Shown here piece after piece: positions 26,801 through 34,184 of a stretch of 64,000 nt of DNA. Origin of the DNA: an uncultured Acidobacteriota bacterium (GTDB lineage Bacteria; Acidobacteriota; Blastocatellia; RBC074). Position 1 is the first letter of the stretch. Every line of letters begins with the position of its first letter. The position numbers and the translations under genes are program-made. The notes beneath the pieces are model-generated. The model ran no database searches. It was given only the letters and a program-made list of their open reading frames with translations, and was not told where the DNA came from. The stretch is from the NCBI GenBank assembly GCA_963796275.1, contig CAWCKY010000004.1:160001-224000 (forward strand). Reading direction: 5' to 3'.

Positions 26801-29800
26801 TCCGCACCTGTTCTTCAAACAACTCCACCAGCGTAGTCCGCGGTATTTCCCGCTCCGTCCGGTTCCACTCCTCCAGTATCTGCTCTCGCTCCTCCCTCCC
26901 AGCAGCTCGATGCTTCCTATCCCCCGTTGCGCATTCCCTGCCATCACCTCCAGCACCCGCACATAATGGCGTCCCATCTGCTCCATCCTCCACCGCATCA
27001 AACAAATCCCGGTTGTAGAGCCACGCGATCTGAATCTCTTCCTCACTCTCCCAGGCGTGCACCTCCAGGTCGAAGCGCACTCGCAGCTCTCCTCCCATCA
27101 CCGGCTCCACCTCCAGCCCCTTCATTCGCTCGGCCACCTGCGGCGCATTCTGCAGGGCGAAGACCACCTGGTAGATGGGCGTCGTGTCCAGACTCCGCTG
27201 CGGAGAGAGCTCCTCCACCAGCCGCTCGAAGGGCACCTCCTGATGCTCATAGGCCTCCAGCGCCACTCGCCTCACCTCGCTCACCAACTCTTCTACCCTC
27301 TTCTCCTCATCCACCCGCACCCTCATCGCCAGCGTGTTGATGAAGAATCCGATCATCTCCTCCAACTGCGCCTCCTGCCGGTTAGCGATCGGCGTTCCCA
27401 CCACCACCTCTTCCTGCCCGCTGTAGCGCTCCAGCAGCACTCCAAAACCCGCCAGCAATACCATATAGAAAGTCGCCTGTTGGCTCTGGCTCAGCTGTTT
27501 CAAGGCGCTCGTCTGCTCCCGGCTCAAGCTCACCTGATACAGTTCTGCCTCATAGCTCTGCACCGCGGTCTTACTCTATCGGTCGGCAACTCCAGCCGCT
27601 CCGGGTATCCCCGCCAGCTGCTCTTTCCAGTAGGCCAGCCCCCCGCCAGAACCTCCCGCTCCAGCCACTCTCTCTGCCACAAGGCGAAGTCGGCGTACTG
27701 CACCGCCAGCGGCCGCAGCGGATTCTCTTTCTCGCAGTAAGCCTCGTAGAGCAGCGCCAACTCTCGGTTGAATACCCCTTCCGACCAGCCGTCGAATGCG
27801 ATGTGGTGCATCGTCCTGATCAGGATGTGATCGCCCTCGCCCAGCTTGAGCAGCCTCATCCTCAGCAGCGGCCCGCAGGCTAGATCGAAAGGGAGGCTCC
27901 CTTCCTCCCGCAGTTCGGCCATGACACGCGACGCTCGTTCCAGTTCGCTCAGCTTGCTCAGGTCTTCTATGGGAATTTCGATGAGCAGCTCCGGTTCAAT
28001 GACTTGCACCGGCTCTCCCTCGATCTCGGCAAAGTGGGTGCGCAGGCTCTCGTGGCGGGTCACGATCGTGTTGATGCTCTTCTCCAGCGCCTCGCGGTCG
28101 AGTTCTCCTCGCAGGCGGAGAGCGATGGGCATGTTGTACTCGCTGCTGCCTCCTCCCAGCCGATCGAGAAACCAGAGCCGCTGCTGCGCATACGAGAGCG
28201 GCAGCTGATCGGGGCGCTGCTGGCGCACAAGCGGAGGCACTTTGTCGGAATTGCGCAGGCGCGGGGCGAGGAGGGCGACAGTGGGTGACTCAAACAGCAT
28301 CCGTATCGCCAGTTCCACTCCCAGCATTGCCCGCACTCGGCTCACCAGCCGCGTCGCCATCAGCGAGTGGCCCCCAAGCTCGAAGAAGTTATCGTTTATC
28401 CCTACTCGCTCCCGGCCCAGCACCTCGGCGAACAATGAGCAGAGTATCTCCTCTTTCGGACTGCGCGGCCCTCTCCATACGGCCGTCGAGATCAGCTCCG
28501 GCTCCGGCAGCCCCTTGCGATCCAGCTTCCCGTTCGGCGTCAGCGGCAGCGCTTCCATCTCGACGATCACTGCCGGCACCATATAGTCAGGCAAACGTTG
28601 CGCTAGCTGTTGTCGCAATGTGCCGGCATCGATGCTCCGCCCCGGCGCGGGCACGACATAGCCGACCAGCCTCTTATCTCCCGCACGATCTGCGCGCACC
28701 ACCACTGCTGCCTGCGCCACCTCCGGCAGTTCGCGCAGCGCCGCCTCGATCTCTCCCAACTCCACCCGGAACCCCCGTATCTTCACCTGCTCATCGGCAC
28801 GTCCCAGGAACTCCAGATTCCCATCTCTCCGCCAGCGCGCAAGGTCTCCCGTCCGATACATCCGCCTTCCTGCCTCTCCGTATGGGTCGGCCACGAATCG
28901 TTCCCCCGTCAGACCCGCCCTCTTCACATATCCACGCCCCAGTTGCACTCCCCCAAGGTAGAGCTCTCCCTCTACTCCTGGCGGCAACAGCTGCAGCTGC
29001 TCATTGAGCACGTACAGCTGCGTGTTCCATACCGCAGTCCCGATCGGCACCGGAACCGATTCATCATCGGGCCGTGCTCTCCAGTAGCTGACATCCACCG
29101 CTGCTTCTGTCGGTCCATACAAGTTGTGCAGCTCGGCTTCCATAACCGCATGGAATCGATCTCGCAATTGCCCCGGCAGTTCCTCCCCGCTACAAAATAC
29201 TCGGCATAGTCTGATACCCCTTGCTGCCGGCTCGGCTAAAAATTGCTCCAGCATCGAGGGCACGAAATGTATGGTCGTGATTCCTTGCTCGCGAATGATC
29301 GAGGCCAGCCAGGCCGGATCTTTGTGACTATCTGGTGGCGCCACCACCAGCGTTGCCCCGGCAATCGGCGCCAGGAAAAACTCCCACACCGACACGTCGA
29401 AACTTGCTGGTGTTTTCTGCAGTATCCGATCACCAGCCCCAATACCGTAGTGCTCACGCATCCACTCCAGCCGGTTGACGATCGCCTTGTGCTCGATTGC
29501 CGCCCCTTTGGGCCTCCCCGTAGAGCCGGATGTGTAGATGACATAAGCGGGATTGTCTGGTCTCAGAGCCCGCACTCGTTCCCGGTCTGTCGGGTTGATC
29601 TGTGAGTTCTGCTCCAGAGCCCGGGCCAGATCGGCCAGATCAGGTTGATCGAGTAATAAGCGACGTGGAGTTGCGGGCAGCCGTTCCGCCATCCGACTGT
29701 TGGAGATCAGGCAAGCCGGCTCGGCATCCTCCAGCATAAAGGCCACTCGCTCGGCCGGATAATCCAAGTCGATCGGCAGATAAGCCGCCCCGGCCTTCAA

Positions 29801-31381
29801 TATCCCCAGCAGCGCGACGATCATCTCCAATGAACGCGGCAGGGCGAGGGCAACCACGTCCTCCGGTCCAATCCCTTCAGCCATCAGCACGTGTGCCAGG
29901 CGATTCGCTCGTTCATTCAACTCTCTGAAGCTCAGCTCTTGCTCCCCAAAGACCACTGCCACCGCCTGTGGGCTCTTCTTCACCTGCTGCTCGAACAGCT
30001 CTACCAACGTCGCCTGCGCTATCTCCCTCTCCGTCCGGTTCCACTCCAGTATCTGCTCTCGCTCCTGCTCGCTCAGCAACTCCACTCGCCATATCTGTCG
30101 TTCCTGATCGTCTACAAGCCTATCCAGATAACTTAAAAATCTTCGTTCATGAGTAACAAGTGCGTCGCTCGAGTAGCGGTTCGATTCTGCATGAAAATCG
30201 ATTCTCAACTCTCCCGCATCAGAATATCGTTCATAGACATTGATCGAGAAATCTTCGGCTGGTCCATTTGTAAGAATGTGTGCCGTGGCGTGATTGCCGG
30301 CAAACCGCAGTTCAGGAAGGAATGGTATGGCATTGACCACTGGGCCATATAGCCTCTGATTCACAGCGCGTAAACCAAGATCCCGTCGTATATGCTCACC
30401 TCGATAGCGATGGTGCCGCAGCGCCAGACGGGTTCTCTGCCCGACCTGTTGTATTAGCTCCGAGAATGCCATGCCTGGCAGCACCTTCAGTAGCAATGGC
30501 ACCACGTTTGCCAGCATGCTCGGGATTGACCGTGAGACAATTCCTGAGCGGGCAGAGACCGCGAGACCGAGGACTATTTCATCCGCGCCCGTCAATCGGC
30601 TCAGATATGCTGCCACCCCCGCCGTTATGATCTGTGACAAACTCGCCCCGGTGCGGCGCATACTCTCCCGCAGCCGCTCCGCGACAACGCGCTGTACCTG
30701 TGTCGTGTGGAGCAATGAGCCGCGTGAAACGATTGATCGCTGATCCGCAAGGCTTACCGGCTCAGGCAAGCCGGCTAGACATTCCAACCAATACTGCCGA
30801 TCTTTCACGAACCGCTCTGACGCGCAATACCTCTCTTCCTCCTCCAAAAGAAGCCGCAGAGAACCGAAAGCGCTGCCCTTATCCGGCAGGCCGCTGACTA
30901 GTGAAGTGTAGACATCCGCTACCCGTCGTTCGACGAGCAAACACCCGACCCCGTCATTGATAATGTGATGAAATCGAAAGTACCAAAGAAACTTCTCAGG
31001 GCCCGCCTTGAACAGGACAAAGGTAAAAAGCGGGCCGTTGGTCAAATCAACTGCGTGGCCTATATCCGCTTTCATCCAATCTTTGGCCGCTTCCAGTGGG
31101 TCCGCTTCCGCACTGATATCAAAAAATGGCAGCGACCATTGCAAGGACCCATTCAGCATTTGCCGCGGACCATCAGAATTCTCCAAGATACGCACACGAA
31201 GCGCCTCGGCTTCCATAAGAACCTGTCGCAACGCAGCCTCGAAGAGACCTAGATCAACCGGTCCATCGATTTCTATGTATTTGGCGATGTTGTAGATGCT
31301 ACTGTCGGTATCGACCTTTTGTGCTAACCAGATTTCGCGCTGAGCAGCCAGGAGAGGGAGATATAAATACTGATTTACCAT
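5172..31381 (-). CDS. NRPS-1, 8-module lipopeptide synthetase, Cstarter-A-T / C-A-T / E-C-A-T / 4x C-A-T / C-A-T-TE; one gene interrupted by multiple frameshifts
   Basis: Consecutive minus-strand ORF fragments join mid-domain. Eight A domains (YTSGSTG.PKG, YGPTE, YRTGD), eight GGHSL carrier domains, eight C-type domains and a terminal GWSLG thioesterase. Confidence 0.88.
5653..13791 (-). CDS. NRPS-1 fragment: A6(Ser)-T-C-A7(His-type)-T-C-A8(Pro-type)-T-TE start
   Basis: 2712 aa ORF; pocket residues read by eye as DVWHFSLVDK, DSALIAEVWK, DVQFAAHVAK. Confidence 0.9.
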   Translation of the reverse strand: MAERLPETPRRLLLDQPDLADLARALEQSSQINPTDRERVRALRPDNTAYVIYTSGSTGRPKGAAIEHKAIVNRLEWMREHYGIGAGDRILQKTPASFDVSVWEFFLAPIAGATLVVAPPDSHKDPAWLASIIREQGITTIHFVPSMLEQFLAEPAARGIRLCRVFCSGEELPGQLRDRFHAVMEAELHNLYGPTEAAVDVSYWRARPDDESVPVPIGAAVWNTQLYVLNEQLQPMPVGVGGELYLGGVQLARGYLKRAGLTGERFVADPYGEAGRRMYRTGDLARWRRDGNLEFLGRADEQVKIRGFRVELGEIEAAQRELPEVAQAAVVVRADRAGEKRLVGYVVPTAGGSIDVRAVRQWIAQRLPEYMVPSAIVEMEALPLTPNGKLDRKGLPEPELISSDVYRAPRSPKEEILCSLFGEMLGQHRVGIDDNFFELGGHSLLATRLVSRVRAALGVEVAIRMLFESPTVALLAPRLRNFDKAPPLVRQQRPERLPLSYAQHRLWFLDRLGEASTEYNMPCALRLCGKLDCQALEKTINTIISRHESLRTHFAEIDGEPLQVIEPELQIKLLLEDLSGPDEEKQQAHVMAALREEASFPFDLACGPLLRMRLLKLGEGDHLLLRTMHHIVSDGWSEGVFNRELSLLYEAYCEGRENPLKPLSVQYADFALWQRQWLEQEVLAGGLGYWKEQLAGIPERLELPTDRVRPPVQSFAAELCQVSFSREQTSALKQLSQSQQATLYMVLLTGFGVLLERYSGQEEVLVGSPIANRQEAQLEEMIGFFVNTLVMKVGVDAEKSVGELVSEVRRVALEAYEHQDVPFERLVEELSPERSLNTTPIFQVVFALQNAPWMPERMKGLELEPVPGDEMRVKYDLEVHAWEQEGEIVLSWLYNRELFDRWRMEQMGRHYVRVLEAMSADAQRKIGSLELLGEEERRQILEEWNRTAREIPETTVVELFEQQVQRTPEAMAAVFGEQELTYGELNERANGLAHVLIGEGIGPEDVVALALPRSLEMIVALLGILKAGAAYLPIDPDYPAERVAFMLEDAEPCCVITTCETAQRLPERVRRLMLDQVEMVEALEQSPISNPQEWERVRPLRLNNPAYVIYTSGSTGNPKGVLIGHYSLANSTRARFHYYRDPVSRFLLASPFIFDSSVAGIYWTLCQGGTLLLPYERLERDPAQLARLMAESSISHLLCLPTLYSMLLEETKPGQINSLKCVIVAGEACPSELPERHSDLFADAELFNEYGPTEGTVWSSVYGDCSKLSRIAVPIGKPITNAQMYVLDQGLQPVPVGVAGELFIAGAGLARGYLKRPALTAERFVADPYGAPGTRIYRTGDLARWRADGNLEFMGRSDQQVKIRGFRVEPGEIEAALRELPEVAQAAVVAREHKHDEKLLVGYLVPAPGHNINPSVVRQRLAQHLPDYLVPAAIVELEALPLTPNGKVDRKALPQPQLISSDVYRAPRSPHEEILCSLFAEVLGVERVGIDDNFFQLGGHSLLATRLVSRVRAMLGVELAIRTLFESPSVAQLGRRLSESTIGRAALVRQQRPERLPLSYAQQRLWFLDRLAGGSIEYNMPVALRLRGELDRQALEKTINTIVTRHESLRTHFAEIEGEPVQVIEPELRIELRVEDLTALDEEERQVRVLAGLREEASQSFDLARGPLLRMKLFKLGERDHILLRTMHHIVSDGWSEGVFNRELAELYQAFCEGRENPLKPLTVQYADFTLWQRNKLEGGALDEGLKYWRQQLDGMAERLELPTDRVRPPVQSFDAELAQTILSVDLVERLKRLSQSQQATLYMTLLAGFGVLLERYSGQQDVVVGTPIANRQEAQLEEMIGFFVNTLVMRVKVDEEKRIEELVAEVRRVALEAYEHQDMPFERLVEELSPERSLNTTPIFQVIFALQNAPRIPEQMKGLELEPVSGDEMRVKYDLEVHAWEREGEIGFYWLYNRELFDGWRMEQMGRHYVRVVEAMAGDAQGRIGSIELLGEEERIQILEEWNRTAREIRETTVVELFELQVQRTPEAVAVVFGEQELNYRELNERANQLAHLLIGEGIGPEDVVGLAVPRSLEMIVALLGILKAGAAYLPIDLDYPAQRIAFMLADAEPAYMLTTGEAALNTPDISRCLILDHPEIIVRLAQSVDGNPGDGDRRSPLRPENPIYVIYTSGSTGVPKGVMMSAGGLTNLLSWQRGLISGGSGTKVAQFTALSFDVSAQEILSALTSGKTLIIPSNETRHTPAELVRWIEQYKVNELFAPTLVIEVLCETASQLGSDLKSLVEVAQAGEALTLSEQMREFYRHGNRRLYNHYGPTETHVATAYSLPPDTSQWPVSAAIGAPIWNIRVYVLDGGLRPVPMGVTGELYIAGVGLARGYLKRPALTGERFVADLYGGPGRRMYRTGDLARWRADGKLEFVGRSDEQVKIRGFRVEPGEIEEALREIPEVAQAAVVAREDSAGERRLVGYVVPAAGGSIDAGAVRQRIAQRLPNYMVPAAIVELDALPLTPNGKLDRRALPEPEMIPTALWWAPRNPKEEILCALFAEALKLERVGINDNFFELGGHSLLAARLMGRVRTTLGVELPIHSLFTAPTVAELALKLSHPTDRNAFEVMLPLRSKGNLPPLFCIHPGGGLSWCYTRLMHYIGADCPIYGLQSRHFSDPEFIPQTVEEMAADYIDQYPQDPTCRTLLFNRLVIGRTYRACDCDSPSATRG
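13807..20154 (-). CDS. NRPS-1 fragment: A4(Gln)-T-C-A5(Ile)-T-C-start of A6
   Basis: 2115 aa ORF; pocket residues DAWQFGLIDK and DAFFLGVTFK; two HHIVSDG C domains. Confidence 0.9.
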   Translation of the reverse strand: MKPHMCQSSSTQRYLRDRLSGSRRNLIFIDADPTAFGSETESSPLTKITSENIAYVIYTSGSTGDPKGTMISHGALLNHMLWMQERFALSEDDRVLQKTPFSFDASVWEFYAPLLVGAQLVIARPGGHRDSAYLMAEIAEREISIVQVVPKLLQAMVEEEGWEKCRRLKRMFCGGEALAWDLIEKFQAVSGARIINLYGPTEATIDASYWECNEGGGLEPVPIGEPISNTRLYVLDGSLRAAPVGVAGELYLAGAGLARGYLKRAALTAERFVADPNGEPGNRIYRTGDLARWRIDGSLEFLGRADEQVKVRGYRIEPGEIEAALRELPEVAQAAVVAREDRAGERRLAGYMVPAAGESIDAKAVRQRIAHRLPEYMVPAAIVEMEELPMTPNGKLDRKALPEPELISTDVYRAPRSPHEEILCSLFAEVLGVERVGIDDNFFQLGGHSLLATRLVSRVRAMLGVELAIRTLFESPSVAQLGRRLSESTIGRAALVRRQRPERLPLSYAQQRLWFLDRLAGGSIEYNMPVALRLRGELDRQALEKTINTIVTRHESLRTHFTEIEGEPVQVIEPELRIELRAEDLTALDEEERQVRVLAGLREEASLPFDLGCGPLLRMKLLKLGERDYILLRTMHHIVSDGWSEGVFNRELAELYQAFCEGRENPLRPLSVQYADFALWQREWLEQEGLRGGLAYWSKQLAGIPERLELPTDRVRPPVQSFAAELCQVSLSREQVDGLKRLSQSQQATLYMVLLAGFGVLLERYSGQEEVVVGSPIANRQETQLEEMIGFFVNTLVMKVRVDEEKRIEELVAEARRVALEAYEHQDVPFERLVEELSPERSLNTTPIFQVVFALQNAPWMPEQMKGLEVEPVTGDELRVRYDLEVHAWEVEEELRLYWIYNRDLFDGWRMEQMGRHYLRVVESMTADVRQAIKRIELLDGGERRQILEEWNRTEREIAQATLVELFEQQVKKSPQAVAVVFGEQELNYRELNERANRLAHVLMDEGIGPEDVVALALPRSLEMIVALLGILKAGAAYLPIDPDYPAERIAFMLEDAQVAVLLVQQRWKPQLPAYTGKKIELDVERERIAEESGENIEGRFDARNLAYVMYTSGSTGKPKGTMVTHQAITRLVINTDYVELRETDRIAQAANASFDAVTFEVWGALLNGASVVLIDKATVLSPADLSRKLRDEKVTVMFLTTALFNQVARGAKEAFSGIRYLLFGGEAVDPQWPELVLREGAPNQLIHVYGPTETTTFSTWYRVKKVEKEEERIPIGRGIANTRVYVLDGSLQPAPVGVVGELYIAGAGLARGYLKRPELTGERFVADPNGEAGERMYRTGDLARWRADGNLEFVGRSDEQVKIRGFRIEPGEIEAALRELPEVAQAAVMARADRAGERLLAGYVVPAAGESIDAGTLRQQLAQRLPDYMVPAAIVEMEELPLTPNGKLDRKALPEPELISTDVYRAPRSPHEEILCSLFAEVLGVERVGIDDNFFQLGGHSLLATRLVSRVRAMLGVELAIRTLFESPSVAQLGRRLSESTIGRAALVRRQRPERLPLSYAQQRLWFLDRLAGGSIEYNMPVALRLRGELDRQALEKTINTIVTRHESLRTHFAEIEGEPVQVIEPELRIELRVEDLTALDEEERQVRVLAGLREEASLPFDLGCGPLLRMKLLKLGERDYILLRTMHHIVSDGWSEGVFNRELAELYQAYCEGRENPLRPLSVQYADFALWQREWLEQEGLRGGLAYWSKQLAGIPERLELPTDRVRPPVQSFAAELCQVSLSREQVDGLKRLSQSQQATLYMVLLAGFGVLLERYSGQEEVVVGSPIANRQETQLEEMIGFFVNTLVMKVRVDEEKRIEELVAEVRRVALEAYEHQDVPFERLVEELSPERSLNTTPIFQVVFALQNAPWMPEQMKGLEVEPVTGDELRVRYDLEVHAWEVEEELRLYWIYNRDLFDGWRMEQMGRHYLRMMESMTADVRQAIKRIELLDGGERRQILEEWNRTEREIAQATLVELFEQQVKKSPQAVAVVFGEQELSYRELNERANRLAHVLMDEGIGPEDVVALALPRSLEMIVALLGILKAGAAYLPIDPALSGRASWPLCWRMPSRLA
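13865..19200. repeat. Near-identical tandem intragenic duplication (offset 3159 nt) of the T-C-A(N-term) block
   Basis: Antisense shadow ORFs recur almost identically at 15085/18244, 14585/17744 and 14808/17967. A third partial copy lies near 8725-9400. Confidence 0.85.
20081..22819 (-). CDS. NRPS-1 fragments: end of A3, T3, C4 and start of A4 (several frameshifts)
   Basis: ORFs 21485-22819, 21331-21522, 21111-21299, 20869-21060, 20540-20872, 20352-20645 and 20081-20533 together spell a continuous A-T-C-A sequence. Confidence 0.8.
22648..25552 (-). CDS. NRPS-1 fragments: T2, dual epimerization/condensation domain and A3 (Ile-type)
   Basis: [29 protein letters not shown] carries the N-terminal HH..xxxGD signature of dual E/C domains, with HHLTMDH as second motif. 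A3 pocket reads DAFFLGVTFK. Confidence 0.82.
25380..27563 (-). CDS. NRPS-1 fragments: C2 second half and A2 (specificity unassigned)
   Basis: ORFs 26061-27563, 25859-26122, 25764-26021, 25380-25643; motifs [25 protein letters not shown]. Confidence 0.8.
27530..31381 (-). CDS. NRPS-1 fragment: starter C - A1(Ser) - T - C2 first half
   Basis: N-terminal [11 protein letters not shown]...HHIINDG is typical of lipoinitiating starter C domains; A pocket DVWHFSLVDK. Confidence 0.9.
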   Translation of the reverse strand: MVNQYLYLPLLAAQREIWLAQKVDTDSSIYNIAKYIEIDGPVDLGLFEAALRQVLMEAEALRVRILENSDGPRQMLNGSLQWSLPFFDISAEADPLEAAKDWMKADIGHAVDLTNGPLFTFVLFKAGPEKFLWYFRFHHIINDGVGCLLVERRVADVYTSLVSGLPDKGSAFGSLRLLLEEEERYCASERFVKDRQYWLECLAGLPEPVSLADQRSIVSRGSLLHTTQVQRVVAERLRESMRRTGASLSQIITAGVAAYLSRLTGADEIVLGLAVSARSGIVSRSIPSMLANVVPLLLKVLPGMAFSELIQQVGQRTRLALRHHRYRGEHIRRDLGLRAVNQRLYGPVVNAIPFLPELRFAGNHATAHILTNGPAEDFSINVYERYSDAGELRIDFHAESNRYSSDALVTHERRFLSYLDRLVDDQERQIWRVELLSEQEREQILEWNRTEREIAQATLVELFEQQVKKSPQAVAVVFGEQELSFRELNERANRLAHVLMAEGIGPEDVVALALPRSLEMIVALLGILKAGAAYLPIDLDYPAERVAFMLEDAEPACLISNSRMAERLPATPRRLLLDQPDLADLARALEQNSQINPTDRERVRALRPDNPAYVIYTSGSTGRPKGAAIEHKAIVNRLEWMREHYGIGAGDRILQKTPASFDVSVWEFFLAPIAGATLVVAPPDSHKDPAWLASIIREQGITTIHFVPSMLEQFLAEPAARGIRLCRVFCSGEELPGQLRDRFHAVMEAELHNLYGPTEAAVDVSYWRARPDDESVPVPIGTAVWNTQLYVLNEQLQLLPPGVEGELYLGGVQLGRGYVKRAGLTGERFVADPYGEAGRRMYRTGDLARWRRDGNLEFLGRADEQVKIRGFRVELGEIEAALRELPEVAQAAVVVRADRAGDKRLVGYVVPAPGRSIDAGTLRQQLAQRLPDYMVPAVIVEMEALPLTPNGKLDRKGLPEPELISTAVWRGPRSPKEEILCSLFAEVLGRERVGINDNFFELGGHSLMATRLVSRVRAMLGVELAIRMLFESPTVALLAPRLRNSDKVPPLVRQQRPDQLPLSYAQQRLWFLDRLGGGSSEYNMPIALRLRGELDREALEKSINTIVTRHESLRTHFAEIEGEPVQVIEPELLIEIPIEDLSKLSELERASRVMAELREEGSLPFDLACGPLLRMRLLKLGEGDHILIRTMHHIAFDGWSEGVFNRELALLYEAYCEKENPLRPLAVQYADFALWQREWLEREVLAGGWPTGKSSWRGYPERLELPTDRVRPRCRAMRQNCIR

Positions 31382-31866
31382 ACGGGATATTGGGAATTAA
31401 ATATAATTGATGAAAATGGAGGGGCAGCTGAAGCGGGCACACAAGGGTGAAGATAAACGTTCCTGAGGAGCAAAAGTCATACCTGACACTCAATAGATTT
31501 GCGCGGGTCACAATTTTCTGCTCAATCAGATACCTATCTCCTCGAAAAAGAGCACTGGAGAAATTGGTTCGATTTCTCCGATCTTTTTCATAACTCGGCA
31601 TTACAACTCGTCTGAGTTATTACTCACTTTTACTGGTTGAATGAAAAAGTAACTAAATGGATCAGTGGTATTGAGTATCTCGTTGACTCTCCGAGTCGTC
31701 TTTGCTGTCTGGCTTACAGACAAACGGTGCCTTAGATTCGGCCATCCGGCTTCTTTCTTGTCCGGAAACAAGCCAACATCAGATTTCGTTTGATCCGGCC
31801 ACTTCGTCGATTACTCACTCATTCGAGCCGATCAAGTTGCGTTCTTTCATTCAGATAACCTCCTCA
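31382..31866. repeat. Duplicated NRPS upstream region, direct repeat of about 4718-5224
   Basis: Long shared stretches such as GAGGAGCAAAAGTCATACCTGACACTCAATAGATTTGCGCGGGTCA and CGTTGACTCTCCGAGTCGTCTTTGCTGTCTGGCTTACAGACAA occur at both sites. Confidence 0.9.
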
Positions 31867-31902
31867 AAAAGCGAGGGGAGAGACCCTTTGATCTCTCCCC
31901 TA
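31866..31902 (-). terminator. Intrinsic terminator-like hairpin
   Basis: Minus strand AGGGGAGAGA-TCAAAGGG-TCTCTCCCCT followed by CGCTTTTT, downstream of the 32134-33090 gene. Confidence 0.6.
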
Positions 31903-32133
31903 TATTCGATCTTTGCTATTACGGCTATTACGTTGTTATTACAAGATAACAACTCAGCTGAGTTATTACTAACTTGTTTTGATTAAGTGAACTTGCAAAT
32001 AAGCTGAGATACTTGTCTTTCTTAAAGACAAATGGTGTTCTCTTTTTGATTGACGGGTTAAAGTTTTACCTCCCGAAGAAACAATCCCAGCTGTCATATT
32101 TTATTTTGCCTGATTCGCCTGATTTATTATTCA

Positions 32134-33090
32134 TCACTTTTTTCCGATTAACACACCCTTCTTAAAAGTCAGCGTTCCGGCCGTATATATCCAATTTTCG
32201 CCAGTAGCGGTGGGCGTCGTCTTCTCCGGCTCACCCCAGCTCATTTTCACTTGAACGGCAGTCATACCGGTGATGATCTGGCTGTTTTCGATCAAATTCC
32301 AGATATGCGCCGGCCACTTATACGACTTATGCGGGTCTTCACCGAGGAAGAAGTATTCCATCCTATTCAGATGGCGGACATCCTTAAAAACGTTGGTGCC
32401 GCTCAAGTTCAGATCGAGAAAACCGCGTTTGCCATCGGAAGTCTCCAGCAGAAAACGCACCGGCTTCTCTTCATCCCATCCCGAAACGACATCAAGAACT
32501 TTCAAAGGGGAATAACGCTTGACGGTAATGCTGCCCGTCAAATCACTCTGCTCATCATAAGTCGACAGTCTCGAAAACACGCACCAGAACGTCTTCCCAG
32601 CCCATTGGTTGCGCGCATTGCTGACATCATCGATCAAGGCGATCCCCCTGATGCTCTCTTTGTAGGGCAGAGTTCGCGCCCGCAGATGCTCCTGAGTATC
32701 TTCCATCACGAATTCGAGATGGACTCTTCCGCTGAAATCGCTGACCGAGACCACTTTGGCAACTCGACCCTGATACCGCCCGCGAGCGAGTTTGCCTGAA
32801 AATTCATCATAGATGCCGTTTTCAGAGCCTTTCGGCCCCTGCAGGAAGACGAACCGCTGACCGACCCAGGAATCGATCGGAACAAAAGGAAAAAGCACCG
32901 CAATATTGAGCGCCGCCTCGGGGGGATCGCCGGAGTTTTTTCCAGACACGATATTTCGGGAGGTTGATGGCTGAGCCAAGATATCCGTCTGGGCGATCGC
33001 ACACGTGATGACGATGAGGCAGAGGACGATCGTTGGACGCGGGATATTTTTCATAGGCATAGTACTCCTCTGGTTTGAAGTGAGAGCCAA
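32134..33090 (-). CDS. Secreted hypothetical protein with C-terminal SmpA/OmlA-like repeat
   Basis: Hydrophobic signal-like segment (IVLCLIVITCAIA); C-terminal GMTAVQVKMSWGEP...WIY...LTFKKGVL pattern. True start may be near 33060. Confidence 0.7.
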   Translation of the reverse strand: MALTSNQRSTMPMKNIPRPTIVLCLIVITCAIAQTDILAQPSTSRNIVSGKNSGDPPEAALNIAVLFPFVPIDSWVGQRFVFLQGPKGSENGIYDEFSGKLARGRYQGRVAKVVSVSDFSGRVHLEFVMEDTQEHLRARTLPYKESIRGIALIDDVSNARNQWAGKTFWCVFSRLSTYDEQSDLTGSITVKRYSPLKVLDVVSGWDEEKPVRFLLETSDGKRGFLDLNLSGTNVFKDVRHLNRMEYFFLGEDPHKSYKWPAHIWNLIENSQIITGMTAVQVKMSWGEPEKTTPTATGENWIYTAGTLTFKKGVLIGKK

Positions 33091-33296
33091 TCAATGGCTC
33101 CTGGTTAGGCCGTGAGTTGGTTTACGGCTGATTTGTATGTCATTTTCCGCTCGTAAGGTGCATGAATTAAACGCTGCCCTTCATGCCTATAGGACGTGGA
33201 AAATTACGGCTGATACATATCTTACGGAATTATAATTTATTAGAATTAATGGCAAATATGGCTGATCGGGAGGGATGGGGGTGATCCATAATCCTC

Positions 33297-33851
33297 TTAT
33301 TTGAGACCGCCATTTTGTCGTTCTTCGAAAAAGTCTTTGATAAAGTCGCGCTTCCGAAACTGGATGAACCCCAGCCCGTGATTATTGGCCTCATCGATAG
33401 CGCGTTCTGCGGTCCAGCCGTCTCGCTTGATGCGATAGACGGCGACGATCGCGCCGGTGCGATCGGAACCGCGTCTGCAGTGAATGAATACTGGACCTTT
33501 TTCCTTCTCTTCAATAATGGCAAGCACGCGCATGACCTGCTCGTCAGTCGGTCGACCCGCGGCAGACATGGGAATACTGAAGTACGCCATCCCCATACTC
33601 TTCGCTTCTATACCTTCAGCGCGCGTCTCATCGCTCTCGCCGCGCAGATTGATGATGGTCTTGATACCGAGTTCCGCGAGTTTCTTGAGTCCGCCCGTCT
33701 TCGGTTGACCGCCACGATACAGCTGCTCGTCGACACGGTGAAAGTTAGGAAGCTCCTTGTGGCTTGATTCAGGCTGCTGAGCAATGGATAAGGATGAAAC
33801 GAGCGCCAGAATGAGGACAAGCGTCAATGACTTTCCGTAAACTTTCATCAT
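33297..33851 (-). CDS. Secreted cysteine-dependent tyrosine/dual-specificity phosphatase family protein (Siw14/PFA-DSP-like)
   Basis: NFHRVDEQLYRGGQP, IINLRGE and the CX5R loop HCRRGSDRTG; N-terminal signal peptide. Confidence 0.85.
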   Translation of the reverse strand: MMKVYGKSLTLVLILALVSSLSIAQQPESSHKELPNFHRVDEQLYRGGQPKTGGLKKLAELGIKTIINLRGESDETRAEGIEAKSMGMAYFSIPMSAAGRPTDEQVMRVLAIIEEKEKGPVFIHCRRGSDRTGAIVAVYRIKRDGWTAERAIDEANNHGLGFIQFRKRDFIKDFFEERQNGGLK

Positions 33852-34184
33852 AATTTATATATATCTCTTTATATCTCTCTGATATCTCGTATCGCTGGCT
33901 TACGGCCTCACCGAGGTTTCCGTAATTAGCATTGTATGGGGGGCGAGGATGAGGGCGCATATTACCATAAAATTCGCAAATCCGCTTATCGCTATTCTGC
34001 AACCCGAAAATCTTCTTTCAATGACTCGGAACATTGGAATCATTTACCTCTCGCCCTGTAAAAGATTGATTGTTAGTAGATGACTGTTCTATGCTGCGAC
34101 CCATATTTGCTCCACCACCGCGGATACGCGATTTGGTTTTTAACCCTGAATCAGAAAAAACCCGTAGATCAAATTTGCAACGCT

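Noticed and set aside
50-31295. Numerous + strand ORFs of 60-370 aa over the NRPS region
   Set aside because: Antisense shadows of GC-rich NRPS codons. They recur only because the modules are duplicated.
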